From Mobula hypostoma (taxonomy: Eukaryota), in contig NC_086097.1 in assembly GCF_963921235.1 (NCBI RefSeq), positions 138,758,001 through 138,822,000 of the forward strand: a stretch of 64,000 bases of DNA. Reading direction: 5' to 3'. The stretch's first letter is position 1. Each line of letters opens with the position of its first letter. Under the pieces are notes generated by a model. That model was not told the DNA's origin. It worked only from the letters and a program-made list of their open reading frames with translations, and made no database searches. The position numbers and the translations under genes are program-made. Of the stretch, positions 25,501 through 37,087 are shown one piece after another.

Positions 25501-25638
25501 ACTTTTTGCTTCTATGCTCACTTTACACCCCTCTGTCTCTCTGCACTGGTTCCCATCCCTCTGTTGTGAACTAACCTCCTCACGCCTAGCCTCTTTAATT
25601 TGATTCTCACCCCCCAACCATTCTAGTTTAAAGTCACC
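22586..25638 (-). pseudogene. CR1 ORF2 (APE endonuclease + reverse transcriptase) with a single 1-bp frameshift at ~23640
   Basis: APE motifs NARS, GITETWL, GDFN, SDH; RT motifs YRPVSL, QHGF, LDFQKAFDKVPH, GVPQGSVLGP, FADD. ttgcacataatc here versus ttgcacactaatc in the sister copy at 38231 shows one base lost. Confidence 0.95.
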
Positions 25639-25993
25639 TCAGTAGCGCCCACTAATCTCCCCGCCAGGATATTGGTCCCCCTAGGATTCAAGTGTGACCC
25701 GTCCTTTTTGTACAGGTCACGCCTGCGCCAAAAGAGGTCCCAATGATCCAAAAACTTGAATCCCTGCCCCCTGCTCCAATCCCTCAGCCACGCATTTATC
25801 CTCCACCGCATCGCATTCCTACTCTCACTGTCGCGTGGCACAGGCAGTAATCCCGAGATTACTACCTTTGCGGTCCTTTTTCTCAACTCCCTTCCTAGCT
25901 CCCTATATTCTCCTTTCAGGACCTCATCCCTTTTCCTACCTATGTCATTGGTACCTATATGTACCACAACCTCTGGCTCCTCACCCTCCCACT
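25623..25993 (-). CDS. CR1 ORF1 C-terminal part, SGNH/GDSL esterase-like domain (5'-truncated)
   Basis: VVVHIGTNDIG (block III GxND) and DGSHLN (block V DxxH), ending TLN*. Confidence 0.9.
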
Positions 25994-26400
25994 TCAGATG
26001 TATCAGTATTGCAAAGGAATAAAGGGAATTACAGAGGCATGAGAGAGGAGCTTGCCCAGGTGGATTGGAAGAGGATACTGGTGGGAATGACGGCAGAGCA
26101 GAGATGGCTGAAGTTTCTGGGAATAGTTCACAAGGTGCAGGATAGATATGTCCCATAGAGGAAGAAGTTCTCAAATGGCAGAGGTAGGCAACCGTGGCTG
26201 ACAAGGGAAGCTAAGGACTGCATAAAAGCCAAGGAAGGGGCATAATAAGGTAGTAAAAGTGAGTGGGAAGTTGGATGATTGGGAATCTTTTAAAATCTAA
26301 CAAAATGCAACCAAAAAAGCTATAAGAAGGGAAAAGATGAAATATGAGGGCAGACTAGCGAATAACATAAAGCAGGATACCAAAAGTTTTTTCAGTTATA

Positions 26401-27032
26401 CAAGGGGTGATTGATAAGTTTGTGGCCTAAGGTAGAAGGTGTCAATTTTAGAAAACATAGCACATTTATTTTTCCTACATTTACACACTTAGTCTAGTGG
26501 TCGTGGAGCATACGGATCCCTTCTTTGTAGAAGTCAGCGTCTTGGACCTCCAGAAGTGGTTCACAGCAGGGGTGATTGATTAGTTTGTGGCATAAGGTAG
26601 AAGGAGATGAATTATTAACTTCGAACTTTCTGCATAATCAAAGAGTTGAACTGCACATGCATGTAACAAGAGCTGTATAACTCATCTCCTTCTACCTTAG
26701 GCCACGAATTTATCAATCACCCCTGCTGTGGACCACCTGGAGGTCCAAGACACTCTTGTTACACTCCTCTTGTTACATGCACGTGCAATTCAACTCTTTG
26801 AGTGATAATGCAGAAAGTTTGAAGTTAATCAGTCGTCTCTTTCTACCCTAGGCCATGAACTTATCAATCATCCCTGCTGTGGACCACTTCTACAAAGAAG
26901 GGATCCGTATGCTCCACGACCGCTGGACTAAGTGTGTACATGGAGGAGAGGACTATGTTGAAAAATAAAAGTGCTAGGTTTTCTAAAATTGACCCTTCTA
27001 CCTTAGGCCACGAACTTATCAATCACCCCTCA
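26401..27032. mobile_element. Non-autonomous Tc1/mariner fold-back element (MITE), 632 bp
   Basis: TA TSD at 26399-26400 and 27033-27034. 39-bp TIRs CAAGGGGTGATTGATAAGTTTGTGGCCTAAGGTAGAAGG. 26888-26968 encodes FYKEGIRMLHDRWTKCVHGGEDYVEK*, matching the mariner transposase C-terminus. Confidence 0.93.
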
Positions 27033-29329
27033 TATAAAGAGTAAAAGGGAGGTGAGAGTTGATATTGGAGCACAGGGAAATGATGCGGTGAGGTAGTAAT
27101 GGGGGACAAAGAAATGACGGATGAACTTAATGGGAACTTTGCATCTGACTTCACTGTGGAAGACACTAGCAGTGTGCCGGAAGTCTGTGAGTGTCAGGGA
27201 GCAGGAGTGAGTGCCATTGTTATTACAAAGGAAAAAATGCTAGGCAAACTCAAAGTCACCTGGGCCAGATGGACTATATCCCAGAGTCCTGAGAGAGGTT
27301 GCTGAAGAGATAATGGATGCATTGGTCATGATCTTTCAAGAATTACTTAATCCTGGCATGGTCCTGGAGGACTGGAAGATTGCAAATGTCGCTGCACTCT
27401 TTAAGAATGGAGGAAGGCAAAAGAAAGGACATTATAAGCCAGTTAGCCTAACCCCAGTGGTTGGAAAAGTGTTGGAGTCAATTATTAAGGATGAAGTTTC
27501 GAGGTACTTGGAGACTAATGATAAAATAAGTCAAAGTCACATGATTTCTGTAAAGGGAAATCTTGCCTAATAAATCTGTTAGAGTTCTTCGAGGAAGTAA
27601 CAAGCAAGCTGGACAAAGGCGAGGCAGTGGATGTCATTTACTTGGATTTTCAGAAGGCATTTGATAAGGTGCCACACATGATGCTGCTTAACAAGATAAA
27701 ATCCTGTGGTGTTACAGGAAAGATACTAGTGGTGTTCCTCAGGGTTCAGTATTGGGATCGCTGCTTTTCATATTGTTTGTCAATGATTTGAATAAAGGAA
27801 TTGATTCCATTGTGGCAAAGTTTGTGGATGATATAAAGATAAGTGGAGGGGTAGGTAGTGCTGAGGAAGCAATGCAATTGCAGCAGGACTTGGGACAAAT
27901 TGGAAGAATGGGCAAAAAAGTGACACATGGAATACAGTGTTGGGAAATGTACGATAATGTATTTTGGTAAAAGGAACAATAGTGCAGACTATTATCTAAA
28001 TGGGGAGAAGGTTCAAACATCAGAGGTGCAGAGGGACTTGGGAGTCCTCGTGTAAGACTCCCAGAAGGTTAATTTACAGGCTGAGTCTGTGGCAAAGAAG
28101 GCAAATGCAATGTTGGCATTTATCCAAGGGAATAGAATATAAAAACAAGGAGGTAATGCTGAGCCTTTATAAGGCATTAGTCATGTTGAGTTTGAAGTAT
28201 TGTCAACAGTTTTGGGCCCCGTATCTCAGAAGGGATGTGTTGTCATTAGAGGGAGTCCAGAAGAGGTTCATGAGGATGATTCTGGAAATGAAAGGGGTTA
28301 ACATATGAGCAGCGTTTGGCAGCTTTGGGCCTGAACTCACTGGAATTTAGAAAAATGCATGAGGATTTCATTGAAACCTACCGAATGTTGAAAGGACTAG
28401 ATAGATAGGGTGGATGTGAAGAGGATATTTCCTACGGTGGGGGTATCAAGAACTCGAGGGCACAGCGTCAAAATTGAGGGGCAAACCTTTGTAACAGAGG
28501 AAAGGAGGAATTTTTTTAGCCAGAGAGTAGCAAATCTGTAGAATGCTCTGCCACAGACTGCAGTGGAGGCCAAGTCTGTGGGTGTATTTAAGGCAGAAAT
28601 TGGTCTTTTCCTGATTGGTCAAGGCATCAAAGGATATGGTGTATGGGGTTGAGTGGGATCCGGGATCGGCCATGATGGAATGGCAGAGCAGACTCGATGG
28701 GCTGAATGGCCTAATTCTGCTCCTATGTCTTATGGTCTAATGCAAACAGTGCATTTCACTGGGTGTTTGGATGTATATTTGATAAACGAATCTGAATCTG
28801 AATGTGAAACTGTGTCTAGACGTCAATAGTTATCCCTCAAACAACTTCACTGAAAGAAATGAGTTGGCTATTATCTTGATAACAGAAAAGCTGGGTTCTG
28901 AGCCTTTGATAAGAATACTAAACCTGCTGAATTTTACGTGTTTGTTTTCCTTTCTAAAAGCACGTCGACTGTTTGTGCCTTAGCCATTAGAATGAAAGTC
29001 AGAAAGTCCAGCTCCCTGATGTAGTTTAACCTTCCCAAGGACTTTGCTCATCAAACAGTCTCCACATCAACCGTAACTTTTAGTGGAGATATTGCAGGGC
29101 AGTGTTTTTTCAGGACTCAGACTCAGGTGTGCCCTGCATTACTGATAACGAATCACTCTGCTTGAAATACTAGAGTACCAAGTCACACAAATAAACTTCT
29201 ATGACCAAGGAAGTAGAGGAGGACCTTTCTCCCACATGGAGGTCCAGGTCCTTCCAGAATTATGACCACAGGACTTATGGACACCTTGCGAAATCAATGG
29301 TATGGACGGGGTTTGATTTCTGCAGGCAT

Positions 29330-29812
29330 CTGCAGAGGAGATTTACAAGGATGTTGCCTGGTTTGGAGGGCGTACCTTACGAGAATAGGTTAGGTGTACT
29401 TGGCCTTTGCTCCTTGGAGCGACGGAGGATGAGAGGTGACCTGACAGAGGTGTATAAGATGATGAGAGGCATTGATCGTGTGGATAGTCAGAGGCTTTTT
29501 CCCAGGGCTGGAATGGCTAACACGAGGGGGGATAGTTTTAAGGTGCTTGGAAATAGGTACCGAGGGGATGTCAGGGGTAAGTTTTTCACGCAGAGTGGTG
29601 GGTGCGTGGAATGCACTGCCGCCGGCGGTGGTGGAGGCAGATACAATAGGTTCTTTTAAGAGCCTCCTCAATAAGCACGTGGGGTTTAGAAAAATAGAGA
29701 GCTATGTGCTAGGGAAAATCTAGGCAGTCTCTAGAGTAGGTTACATGGTCGGCACAACATTGTGGGCCGAAGGGCCTGTCATGTGCTGTAAATTTCTATG
29801 TCCTATGTTATG
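29330..29812 (+). mobile_element. CR1 3' fragment
   Basis: QRRFTRMLPGLE..YENRL..LERRRMRGDLTEVYK; 3' UTR ending ttctatgtcctatg. Confidence 0.93.
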
Positions 29813-30401
29813 TGTTTCTGCTCGGTGGGAGTAGGGCATTCCCACCCCAAGCAACAACAGTCAGGGGCTGGGTGGAGCCGAGCAGAGCTGAGGACAGTGA
29901 AGCTGGCTGGTGGCTGCCCTTCCCATTCCTGCTCACTCTCCTGTCATGGTTGTATCCGTGATCCTCTCCCAAACAGTGTTCCTGTTCATTTCCAGCTTAC
30001 TAACAGTTCTCACGGACGGAACCCTGTTGTAGCCTGTGTGGTTAAATCCGGGCGGTGCCGAGAAAGGCGAGAACATTTAGCTGGTCTGAGCAATGTTGCT
30101 GTGATTGATACTGTGCACTGGTGTCCCCCAACATCCATCATCATCCAGACAAATGATTTGAGTGAAGTGATTATGCTACGTGAGGAGAGTGCAGAGAGGC
30201 TTTCGGGTGATATCAATGTGTTAAAGGATTGGATAAGGATCTGGCTAATGGAATATAATGCTGGAAAATGCAAGATATTCGACAGGTGGAAAATATTTAA
30301 AACAGCAGAATACCATTAAACTGTGAGAGATTAAAAGGTGAGATGGTTCTCTGTGTCCCTATACACCAGTTACTGAAAGTTAGCAAGCAGGTACTGTGGG
30401 C

Positions 30402-30530
30402 AAAACACGAGGAATTCTGCAGATGCTGGAAATTCAAGCACCACACGTCAAAGTTGCTGGTGAACGCAGCAGGCCAGGCAGCATCTCTAGGAAGAGGTAC
30501 AGTCGACGTTTCGGGCCGAGACCCTTCGTC
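30402..30530 (-). mobile_element. Penelope pseudo-LTR fragment, truncated inside the hammerhead core, within decayed CR1 (30185-30700)
   Basis: Reverse strand reads GACGA-AGGGTCTCGGCCC-GAAACGTC-GACTG. Confidence 0.8.
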
Positions 30531-30987
30531 CTTCCCAAGAAGGGTTGAATGCAAAGCAACTGGGCAAGTTTTTTCTGGAGTCAAGAAGTCACTCGATCAG
30601 CAGTGAGGAAGGAGGCAACTGCTGCAGTGTGGTTACTGGTGCGCAGTCTGAGATTGGGTCATGCACTCGTATACAGTTCTGGTTTGTGGGAGAGGAGACC
30701 GGGCAATGAGAGTGAGTTTGTACTCTGTGTCTTTGGCACAATGAAATATTGTCCTGTCCCATCAGATTGCTGGTAATCAACAGGGTGAGAGTTAAGATGA
30801 GCTGGGAGGTCCTAAGCTAATGTGTAAACGAAGAGGCCACACCAGAAACACACAGGAGAATGAAAGGTTCAGGATTTTCAGGTCTTGGCCTTCACGTACA
30901 TCTTGTCATCTTGTCTCTGGCAGTCAAAGGCTGCGCTGCCAAAAGGTGCTGGTGGAAATGGGCATTGATTTGCAGCAGCGTCAGGGG

Positions 30988-30989
<2 letters not shown>

Positions 30990-31032
<43 letters not shown>
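30990..31032. repeat. (GT)n microsatellite
   Basis: Direct reading. Confidence 0.97.
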
Positions 31033-31033
<1 letters not shown>

Positions 31034-31039
31034 TGGGAC

Positions 31040-31400
31040 ATTTTACTAAAGGATCTCAGTCTTTATGAGGTGTAAAGACAGGGTGAATCCAGTTTTTCTC
31101 TGCCTCAGGTTGGGTGAGATGAGAACTAAGTCACAGGTTTAGTCTGAAAGTTGGACTATTTTTAAGAGGAATCTGTGAGGGAACTCAGAGGATGGTGCGA
31201 GTGTGAAACCAACTGCCAGCAGAAAGGTAGATATGGGTTCAGTTGTAGAGAATTTGTAGAGAGAACATTTAAGAGAAATTTGGATGGGGACCGTGGGTAA
31301 GAGAGGTATGGGGCCTATGATCCAGGTTCAGGTAGAAAACCAGGCCAGCATGGGTTAGATGAGCTGAAAGCCTGTTTCTGTGCTGTGTAACACTATAACT
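31040..31400 (+). mobile_element. Decayed CR1 3' fragment
   Basis: CR1-like 3' UTR (gagctgaaagcctgtttctgtgctgtgt) and remnants of the RT C-terminus. Confidence 0.7.
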
Positions 31401-31920
31401 CAGGATGATTTGTTTAGGGATCATTCCCCTCTGCACCAAGTTAAGGGGTCAACAATGTTCAGAGCCCACAGTGCTGGTTGGGCCCGGTTACGGAGGCAAA
31501 GGTTGCACCACCTCCCTCTTAGCCTGTCCAATAGGAAGCTTGCTGAAGGTGGGATCAGGTACTGCAACGAGGTAGATGGAGAGGAGGGTCCGAGCCATGA
31601 CTTGGCTTTTGTGGACCCCTGTGGGAATGGACTTGCAGTGGGTCTGTCTGTGTTTGACAAGATGAAGAAAGGCAATGTACAGCAGTCACTACTGCTCCTT
31701 ATAGTCTTTATCGACTTCTTATGCCATGAAAATCATATTTCTGGTATCTCCTAAGGAATGGAATTAGCTCAATCATCTTGCCAGGTCTCAGTCTACAGAA
31801 TTGAGTTCCTCAGTGCAGCACCAGGAAGTGCCAGAGGTGCTGAGACTGGCAGATTACTTCGGACATTCCTCTGATTGCTCCCTCCGACTCTCCGTGCCCA
31901 GCTGTGCAACGCCTGAGTAG

Positions 31921-32205
31921 GGGTGGCACAGTAGCGTAGTGGTTAGCACAGTGCTTACGGTACAGGCGAGCTGGGTTCAATTCCCACCGCAGCCTATGAG
32001 GAGTTTCTACATTCTCCCTGTGACCGTGTGGGTTTCCTCCGGGTGCTCTGGTTTTCTCCCACAGCGCAAAGACGGACTGGTTAGTAGGTTAACAGGTTTG
32101 TTGTAAATTGTCCCGTGATTAGGCCAGGATTATATCAGGGGATTGCTAGGCGTCATGGCTTGAAGGATCGGAGGGGCCTATTCCGCCCTGTATCTCAATA
32201 AATAG
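31921..32205 (+). mobile_element. tRNA-derived V-SINE (HE1-like)
   Basis: A box TAGCGTAGTGG and B box GGTTCAATTCC; V-domain-like core ttctccctgtgaccgtgtgggtttcctccgggtgctctggttttctcccaca; tail ctgtatctcaataaata. Confidence 0.88.
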
Positions 32206-32749
32206 ATACATATGGTACAGTGAAAGTGAGGTTGTGGTGGATGTTGTACTATGATTGTTACTGAAAGAGGCAGCCGCCACCATCTGATTGACAGTGTGCA
32301 GTCTGAGCTTGAGTTGTGCATTAGTGTACATCTCTAATTGCTTTAGTGTTCAATGATACCAGCCGGGGTTTCCAGGTCATTTTATGAGTGGGGCAGTGTT
32401 ACTCCTGACAGATGTGATTTGAGCTGCTCCTGATTGCACTGGCGTTTCTGTCAGTAGGCACAGAGTGTAAGCTCTGACCCTAGTATCCAGCCTGTCTACT
32501 TCATTTGTTTCTGGTACAACTCCTTGTGGACTGTCTGAAAGATATTACCGAACATTTTCTGTTGGATACATCCACCTGCAGAGTGTAGACAGACTAAACT
32601 CAGGGTTTTGCACTTTCAATGGAAATTCTAACAAACTTTTCAATCCACATTACTGCATTCATTTTTCATTTGATCCAGTTCATTAATAATTCATTTTGGT
32701 ACCCTTAGCTCCTACGTTGTTCCATCTCATGATAAAACTGTCAGATTTT

Positions 32750-33090
32750 TCAAGCCCCTTACACTTCCACTGATTCTGTAACACCTCTGGCCCCTACAGC
32801 CTGTATTATCTCTATAACCCTTCTCGCCCCTACCCCTCTCACTATCTCTGTAACCCACTCTGGCCCCTAAATCTCCTCTGTCTCTCTATCTCCATCCAGC
32901 CCTTACATCCCTCCCTAATTCTGTAACTGTCTCCAGCCCTTACACCCCTCCCTATGTCTGTAACCCCTCCGGTCCTTACACAAACCTTGATTCTATAACC
33001 TACTCTGGGACCCTACACCTCTCCCTAACTCTGTAATCTCTTCTGGGCCTTAACCCTTTCCTGCTTTTGTAAACCTCTCTGGGCTCTAGC
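32750..33090. repeat. Degenerate ~40-bp tandem repeat (tctgtaac..ctctggcccctaca..cctccct), about 8 units
   Basis: Recurrent tctgtaac/tctataac and cccctac motifs at roughly 40-bp spacing. Confidence 0.75.
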
Positions 33091-33145
33091 GCCACTGTCG
33101 GCAAGAGAGTAGATGCAATCTCATTTTAGAATCTCAGTCAAAAGG

Positions 33146-33265
33146 ACAGTGTGACACTCCCTCAATACTGCTCCTCGCAAAGTACAGGGCTCCCTCAACA
33201 ACTGCTTCCAAGTAGGACACTCCTTCAGTGCTGCCTCTCTCACTGTGTGACATGCCTTCAGTTCC
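33146..33265 (-). repeat. About 3 decayed units of the 33-bp minisatellite, inverted relative to 20533-21424
   Basis: acagtgtgacactccctcaatactg is the reverse complement of the unit. Confidence 0.75.
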
Positions 33266-33445
33266 TCAGGGACTATCCCCTGCCCGCTGAGCCTTCTCGC
33301 CTGAGATCAGCAGCACATGTACTGAAAGTCTCCAGGAGCTGTGGGCACATTTGTGGTCTAAGCATCTCTTGCAAGTTGTTACTTGGTGGGCAAAGTGTTT
33401 GAAAAATTGAGATTCTGGAGAGGAGCAGGTGGAGGGAGGGTTGGA

Positions 33446-33687
33446 GCAACACTCACAACACGCTGGAGGAACACAGCAGGTCGAGCAGCATCCGTGGAAA
33501 AGATCGGTCGACGTTTCGGGCCGGAATCCTTTGTCAGGACTGTAGGGGGAAGGGGCAGAGGCCCTATAAAGAAGGTGGGGGGAGGGTGGGAAGGAGAAGG
33601 CTGGTAGGTTCCAGGTGAAAAACCAGTAAGGGGAAAGATAAAGGGGTGGGGGAGGGGAGGCAGGGAGGGGATAGGCAGGAAAGGTGA
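33446..33687 (-). mobile_element. Penelope pseudo-LTR element with hammerhead motif and 13-bp TSD
   Basis: TSD AGGGAGGGTTGGA at 33433-33445 and 33688-33700; near-identical to 60527-60750. Confidence 0.85.
33505..33542 (-). ncRNA. Minimal type-I hammerhead ribozyme motif (core mutated to CUGACAA)
   Basis: CAGUC-CUGACAA-A-GGAUUCCGGCCC-GAAACGUC-GACCG. Confidence 0.6.
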
Positions 33688-33699
33688 AGGGAGGGTTGG

Positions 33700-34065
33700 A
33701 TCGCGACAGGGAGGGGTTATTGGGTTATTTGGGAGGGGAGATGGGATGAAAACGGATAGGGATATTGAGAGAGAGGAGGGGTAGATAGGAATGTTGGATT
33801 GTTGAAGAAGGGAGGAGAAGGGTCCGGGTTGGATTACTGAGGGAGGGAAAAGGTGGAGGGTGTTGATGTGTTGAGGAGGAGAGGGAAGTTGAGTGTTGGA
33901 TTGGTGAGGAAGGGAGGGGAAGATGGAGAGTGCTGGATTGTCGATGGGGGAAGAGGATGGGTGTGTTGGGCTTTTGAAGGGGGGAGAGAGAAGGATGAGG
34001 TGTTGGATTGGTGGGGGGGGGGGAGGAGGAGAGAGGGATTGTTGGATTATGGAGGATGAGAAATG
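33700..34065. repeat. Purine-rich degenerate repeat (tgttggatt..gagggagg)
   Basis: Recurrent gtgttggatt motif in a GA-rich background. Confidence 0.7.
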
Positions 34066-35625
34066 TTGACCTGATTATGTATATCTGGTGATTTAAGCCT
34101 TTAGTTACACAGTTGGGCAGTCGATTGAGGTAAAGATTGACGATGGATGTTTGGTGGGGCTGAGTCAGATCCTTCAGTTCTATGACCCACTTCTGGGTTG
34201 ATCTTCCTACTGCTTTGTCTGAGGTTCTGAGGAGAAATCTTTAGGGACTGGTGGGATGAACTTGGGAGAGGACAAATTCAGCAGAAGATAAGAAGATACA
34301 ATCAAAAGGCTGCAGATGCTGGACACTGAAATGTATTTTCTGCTTTTGTTCCAATCGAACAGAGCTGGTTAGAGTGAGTTACAAAGTTATCTCTATGTCT
34401 TGTAGCCATGAACCTAGTGTATTACTAATTTTTGAATGCCCCTATATTTTACATTCCCTGTCCCCTGCTGTGATTATTGGCTTCTTCTTTTTCTCTCAGA
34501 TGTAGTGTTCTTTCATATTCTGGCAGACTCATCTGTGTCCTCTTTCCCTTTTGGTCTATCACTTTCTCTGTCTTACTCCTCACTCTCTCTCTCTCTCTCT
34601 CACTGTTGCTCTTTTCCCCTCTGACCCATCTTTTTCCCTGACTTTGTCAGTTCTTTCTTTCGTCCTCCATTCCCCTCCCTCCCTCTCTCTCTCTCTCTCT
34701 CACTTGCCTCTTTCCCTCTCTTCCCCCCCCCCCCACCACCGCACCAATCCTTTTCCTGTCAACAGGTTCCATCTCTGCTTTCACTTATGAACCCTGTTGT
34801 GATGTCAAGATCTGACAAACCCATGGTGAGGCCCAGTCCGCCTACCTCTCTCTAATGTAGGGCACTCCACGCCAAGTGAGAAGAGCTTACACTTCCATAT
34901 ATGGGTCTGATCTGCAAAATTCCAAATCACATGATGAAACTGCCGAAACTCAAAGAGAGTAAGAATAAATCTGCAAGACGACCGATAACTTTTTCACGGA
35001 GCACTTGGGTTTGTAATAGTAGAGTGTGCAAACATTCCTACAGCTATAGAGCCCTGCTCTTTGCTCAGAAGATACACCTATTTTTTTTCCCTTGCTGGCA
35101 TATGTGAGCTATGACTCAAATCGAAAAGCAGGGATTGTATTACCCTTTCAAATATCCACTTGGCTCATATCCTTCTTGCAGTGTGTGCCACTAAAAGAAC
35201 ATCCAGGAGGGGGAAGGAGTATTGGAATTGCAGCTTGTTCCTTCTGAGGATCGTGTCAGCCCTAGGATTGTTTTCTGGTTAGGCAGAGATTGGATTCCAG
35301 GAGCAGTGAGCATCTTTGTTAGCCCCTCCTACTCCTGCCCATTCAGACTCTCTTGCTTTTTTAAAGTTTGACTCCTTGACATTTGAACAGTTAACCTTTA
35401 GAGTAGTAACCTGCAACCTTCTCCCATCCACCGACAGCTTGTGTTCCAGGCTGTTCCATTACAAATCTTTGGACGTCGTTTTAAATAAATACTGAATATT
35501 AGAAAAACAGCACAAAAAGGAGATGCTGAGAGTTTGAACACAAGTGACCCTGAATCAATCTGGAGTGTATCAGGAACACAGTCTTTAGCACAGTTGTGCT
35601 AGGTTTTTTTCTTTTGTCTACAAAG

Positions 35626-35682
35626 TGCTTCAGATATAAAACAGTCCAAATGGATTTCACATCCAGATTTATTCAGACTGAG
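35626..35682 (+). CDS. Candidate 57-bp internal exon
   Basis: Polypyrimidine tract ttttttttcttttgtctacaaag| and consensus donor GAG|gtaagt. Open in two frames (CFRYKTVQMDFTSRFIQTE or ASDIKQSKWISHPDLFRL). Confidence 0.3.
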
Positions 35683-36019
35683 GTAAGTTCCAGGTCTTGC
35701 GTGTACAGAGGTAGCATAAAGCTCTGGATGCCCACTGTGGATTTTGCTTGTGGGCAGATTTTCTGATTCTTCATTCATCCTGGGCTGTAATTTGGGCCCA
35801 CGCCGGCAACCGATTCCGGGCAAATCTGCCTTTAACTCTTCACATTGAGCTTTTACATCTGTTGTCATTTTAAGCAAGGATGTGCTACATTTCATTCTAA
35901 ATGTTTATTGAGCCAGTATCTGGCCCCAGTGTTTATTCCTGAAACTGATAGTGACTGTCTTTATTCTCTGTCTGTGAAGGATAACATTTATCATCCAAGT
36001 TTATTCAAGTTGCGTAATC

Positions 36020-36372
36020 TTTCTGGTGCAGGTGTACTCATTCTGTTAAAGGTATAATCCTTCTGGTGAAGGTGTGGTCATTTTGGTGAAGGTGTAATCC
36101 TTTATGTGAAAATGTGGTCCTTCTGGGGTGAAGGTGTAATCATTCTGGTGAAGGTGAGGTCTTTTAGTGAAGGCATGTGCCTTTTGGTGAAGGTGAGGTC
36201 CTTTTGGTGAAGGTGTGGTCCTTTTGGTGAAGGTGAAGTCCTTTTGGTGAAGGTGTGGTCCTTTTGGTGAAGGTGAAGTCCTTTTGGTGAAGGTGTGTGC
36301 CTTTTGGTGAAGGTATAATCTTTCAGGTGAAGATGTGGTTTTTCTGGTGAAGGTGTAATCCTTCTGGTGAAA
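36020..36372. repeat. 20-bp minisatellite CCTTTTGGTGAAGGTGTGGT, about 17 units
   Basis: Direct reading; homogeneous core at 36180-36315, diverged edges. Confidence 0.95.
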
Positions 36373-37087
36373 GTTTAGTCTGTCTGGTGATGGTCTCCCA
36401 CAGAGCAGATGGAAGGGAGTACCAGGGTTTGGAACCAGTGAGGATGAAGGACAAATTATATATTTCTAAGTCAGGAAGTTCGTATCCTGGAGGGGAACTG
36501 TAACTGCTGCCATAGAAGTCACAGGTTTTAGTCGGTGCTGTCAGAGCAGCCTGCGTGCGTAACAGCACTGCAGCCACTCTACACAGACAGTAGATGCACT
36601 TTGAAAAGAGGTTGATTGGCTGCAAACTACTTTGAGGAGGTATGAGGCCATTAAAAGAACAGAAGATGTCTTTCTGCCTACTGATGCTTCTATTTGTTCT
36701 CTCCAGCTCTCACGTGACCTCAGGGTTTACTTTGGGAGTTACTGCTGCACAGACAGTCATGCTTGTGGTCCTGAGTAACAGTGTCACACCGATGTCACAG
36801 TAGTAGTGAGGTTGGGGACGGCATTAAACAAGAAATTAGAAATGTGTGCAATAAAGGAACAGCAGTTATAATGGGTGACTTCAATCTACATATAGATTGG
36901 GTGAACCAAATTGGTAAGGGTGCTGAGGAAGAGGATTTCTTGGAATGTATGCGGGATGGTTTTCTGAACCAACATGTCGAGGAACCAACTAGAGAGCAGG
37001 CTATTCTGGACTGGGTTTTGAGCAATGAGGAAGGGTTAATTAGCAATCTTGTTGTGAGAGGCCCCTTGGGTAAGAGTGACCATAATA

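Larger units (their letters stand above)
22490..25993 (-). mobile_element. Young CR1 LINE, 5'-truncated within ORF1
   Basis: 3' tail (CTATGTTT)n at 22490-22510; TSD TCAGAT at 22484-22489 and 25994-25999; contains the ORF1 C-terminus and all of ORF2. Confidence 0.97.
21753..28736 (+). mobile_element. Older CR1 LINE (decayed ORF2), host to a young CR1 and a mariner MITE
   Basis: LYLNGWSIRNK, VGITESWL, SEHNM (21850-22445); continues at 25994-26400 and 27033-28736 (KFVDD, LYKALV, 3' UTR). TSD CTAATG at 21747-21752 and 28737-28742. Confidence 0.92.
21560..28803 (+). mobile_element. Short non-coding retroelement with (GAATCT)n tail, split by the CR1 cluster (parts 21560-21752 and 28737-28803)
   Basis: ...ttggttgCTAATG | CTAATGcaaacagtgcatttcactg...gaatctgaatctgaat rejoin across the TSD. 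Confidence 0.6.

Noticed and set aside
25994..26204. N-terminal part of the 193-aa ORF 25623..26204
   Set aside because: It crosses the TSD into the antisense strand of the host CR1; only 25623-25993 is true ORF1.
29996..30180. Possible exon after the acceptor-like ttcatttccag within ORF 29798..30319
   Set aside because: No convincing donor or recognisable peptide, and the ORF runs into decayed CR1.
31921..31995. tRNA gene
   Set aside because: A and B boxes are present but there is no complete cloverleaf, and it continues into a SINE core and tail.
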